Below, piece by piece: positions 61,934-64,000 of a stretch of 64,000 bases of DNA. Position 1 is the first letter of the stretch. Each line of letters begins with the position of its first letter. The position numbers and the translations under genes were made by a program. The notes below the pieces were generated by a model. It was given only the letters and a program-made list of their open reading frames with translations, did no database searches and had not been told where the DNA came from. The DNA is taken from contig JAQGDQ010000440.1 in assembly GCA_030141605.1 (NCBI GenBank), forward strand, positions 133,146 to 197,145. The letters are read 5' to 3'. The stretch is from Tubiluchus corallicola (taxonomy: Eukaryota > Animalia > Priapulida).

Positions 61934-63862
61934 ATGAAAATTTCACAAAAAAGACAATTGGTAACGCTGCTTCTATTTTCTGCCCTAATAGTAGGTTGTA
62001 AAAAAGAGAAAAATATTGAGTCACCAACAGAAGAAGATGTGTTCTTAGAAAGTCAAGAACATGTAAATAGCTTTGGTAATGAAGGAAGTGAAGAGCTAAA
62101 AGGAAGCCTGTATATTAGCGGCGATGACATTACGGACTTAACGCCTCTACAAATAATTAAGTCCGTAAAAGGGGCCGTTTATATTACAGAAAATCCTTTG
62201 GTAAATTTAAAGGGGCTGGAAAACCTCACTTCTATAGGAATGAGTTTAAACATTGAAAAAATAATTCCTTACAAAGTTTAGAGGGATTATCTAACTCTAT
62301 TACTGTAGGAGAAAATTTCGTTATTAAAGAAAATGGTGCTTTAGAAAATTTAGCGGGTTTAGAAAGCCCTATTTCTGAAGAAGGGAACCTCAAAGGGGGC
62401 CTTGTTATCTTAGGGAATAATTCTTTGAAAGATTTAACGGGGCTAGATGAGCTTGTTTCTGTAGAAGGAAAGCTTGAGATTATAAACAATAAATTCTTAG
62501 AAAGTTTAACAGGCCTGGAAAACCTTAGTTCCGTAAGAGATGTTTTTTCTATCTTAAATAATGAAAAACTAGATGAATTCTGTTGTCCTCGAAAATTACT
62601 TGATAAAAGGACAAGATGTGTCTATTGAGGGTAACAAAAGTGATCCTACGGTAGAGCAAATTGGAGAACATTGTGACATATCTTTTTACTTTAAGGTGCG
62701 GGATGGAAATTTTAGAGCATATCTAAAAGACAAAATACCTAGCGCCTTTGAGGGGGGAGAAGAAGATGAGTTTTACGTTCGACATGAAGAGGCATCAGCC
62801 CTTGATTCTATTTATGTACGTAAAATGAATATTAAATATTTAGAAGGCTTAGAATACTTCCATAATTTAATATATCTAAATTGCGACGACAATAAATTAG
62901 ACGCACTGGATGTGAGCAAAAATGTAAACTTAGAGACTTTGTACTGTGGCTTCAGCCTCAACCGCAATAGCTACAAGCAAGAGTTAGATGTGAGTAAAAA
63001 TAGAAAATTAAAAGAGTTATACGCCTCTGGCAATAGGCTTAAAGGCCTGGATATAAGCAATAACCTAGATTTGATACATCTAGGTTGTGGCAATAACAAC
63101 TTTGCGAAAGATTATGTACTCGATATAACGAAGCACACAAATTTGACATATCTACATTGCCCTGGGAATAGTTTGAGTGACCTTGATATTAGTCAAAACA
63201 AGAAGTTAACAACACTTTCTTATTATAACAATAATCTAGAATTAGACATAAGTCATCTTCCTGAATTAAGCGTTCTTTTGTGCTATGATAATAATCTCAA
63301 TTCAATAGATGTGAGTAATAACTCAAAATTAACGCAGTTTTGGGCCCATGGAAATAATTTTGAATCATTAGATGTGAGTAATAATCCAAAATTAACGCAT
63401 CTTACGTGCTATTATAATAATCTTACAGAATTAAATTTGAAAAACAATCCAGAACTAAATTATCTTATTTGTTTTAAAAATAACATACAAGGAGAATTAG
63501 ATTTGTCAAATAACCGGATGCTGCAAGAAATAGATGTTAGCCAGAATGAACTTCTTATTTTGGATTTAGATGTAGTAAATAAGCTCAATTTAGTGAGTTT
63601 TAATTGTGCAAAAACTCAGATTGACATTAGTGGTTTGAATGTAACTAATATGGATGATTTATTCTATCTGAGAGTAAGTGAGCATATAGGTAGTGTTTGC
63701 GATATTAAGGGCCTTAAAAGTATAGTGGGAAGAGAGACAGCAGCCGGTTACACTACAACAGCTTATATCGTAAATATATCAAATCCAGCATTGATTGTTA
63801 CACGGATATCACATCCCGGGACATCGACAAATGGATATGAAGCATACTGTGGTAGTAAATAG
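61934..63862 (+). pseudogene. Surface lipoprotein with receptor-L-like and internalin-like leucine-rich repeats, interrupted by two frameshifts
   Basis: Lipobox LIVGC. LxGLENLxSxG repeats continue across ORFs 61934-62281, 62425-62628 and 62573-63862; the C-terminal part has LDVSxNxxLxxLxCxxN repeats. Confidence 0.8.
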
Positions 63863-63894
63863 CAGCCATAATAAAGTATAAGTCAAAAAAACAA

Positions 63895-63921
63895 GCACTA
63901 TCTCATAAGCTGTGTCATATT
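63895..63921 (+). mobile_element. IS256-type terminal repeat (element may continue beyond the window)
   Basis: AGCACTATCTCATAAGCTGTGTCAT is nearly identical to the left IR at 35097. Confidence 0.55.
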
Positions 63922-64000
63922 TTATGAAAAATAGTATTGAAAAACCGGTAGGTTTCAAACATACCAAAAACAGTAAGTCTACGGTATAAGTTTGCGAAAG

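Overview
Chromosomal segment of a Bacteroidota (Bacteroidales/Marinilabiliales-like) bacterium, judged from TAnnTTTG promoters, an ECF-FecR-SusC module and typical gene orders. Most of the coding DNA is housekeeping: mutL, two rhomboids, a CoA-transferase/mce/mmdADCB Na+-pumping methylmalonyl-CoA decarboxylase cluster, dusB, a patatin-POTRA-barrel protein, dacB, tag, mlaEF, tRNA-Ser, HU, rpmF, mtaB, an AddA-like helicase, rpsP, rimM and miaA. The main unexplained signal is intergenic. About 18 diverged copies of one ~135-bp palindromic element ('element A') fill many of the larger spacers; it has terminal inverted repeats and a central hairpin core resembling Rickettsia RPE-1. There are also three copies of a longer ~300-470-bp element ('element B'), a perfect 46-bp palindrome nested in one A copy, IS3 and IS256 remnants, and an IS3 insertion with adjacent deletion that truncated a SusC locus. 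A transglutaminase-like gene and an LRR lipoprotein gene are frameshifted. An unannotated 46-aa zinc-ribbon ORF and an S16 with a long EKPA-repeat tail were also found. All alignments were made by eye, so repeat boundaries are approximate, and family resemblances come from memory rather than from searches.
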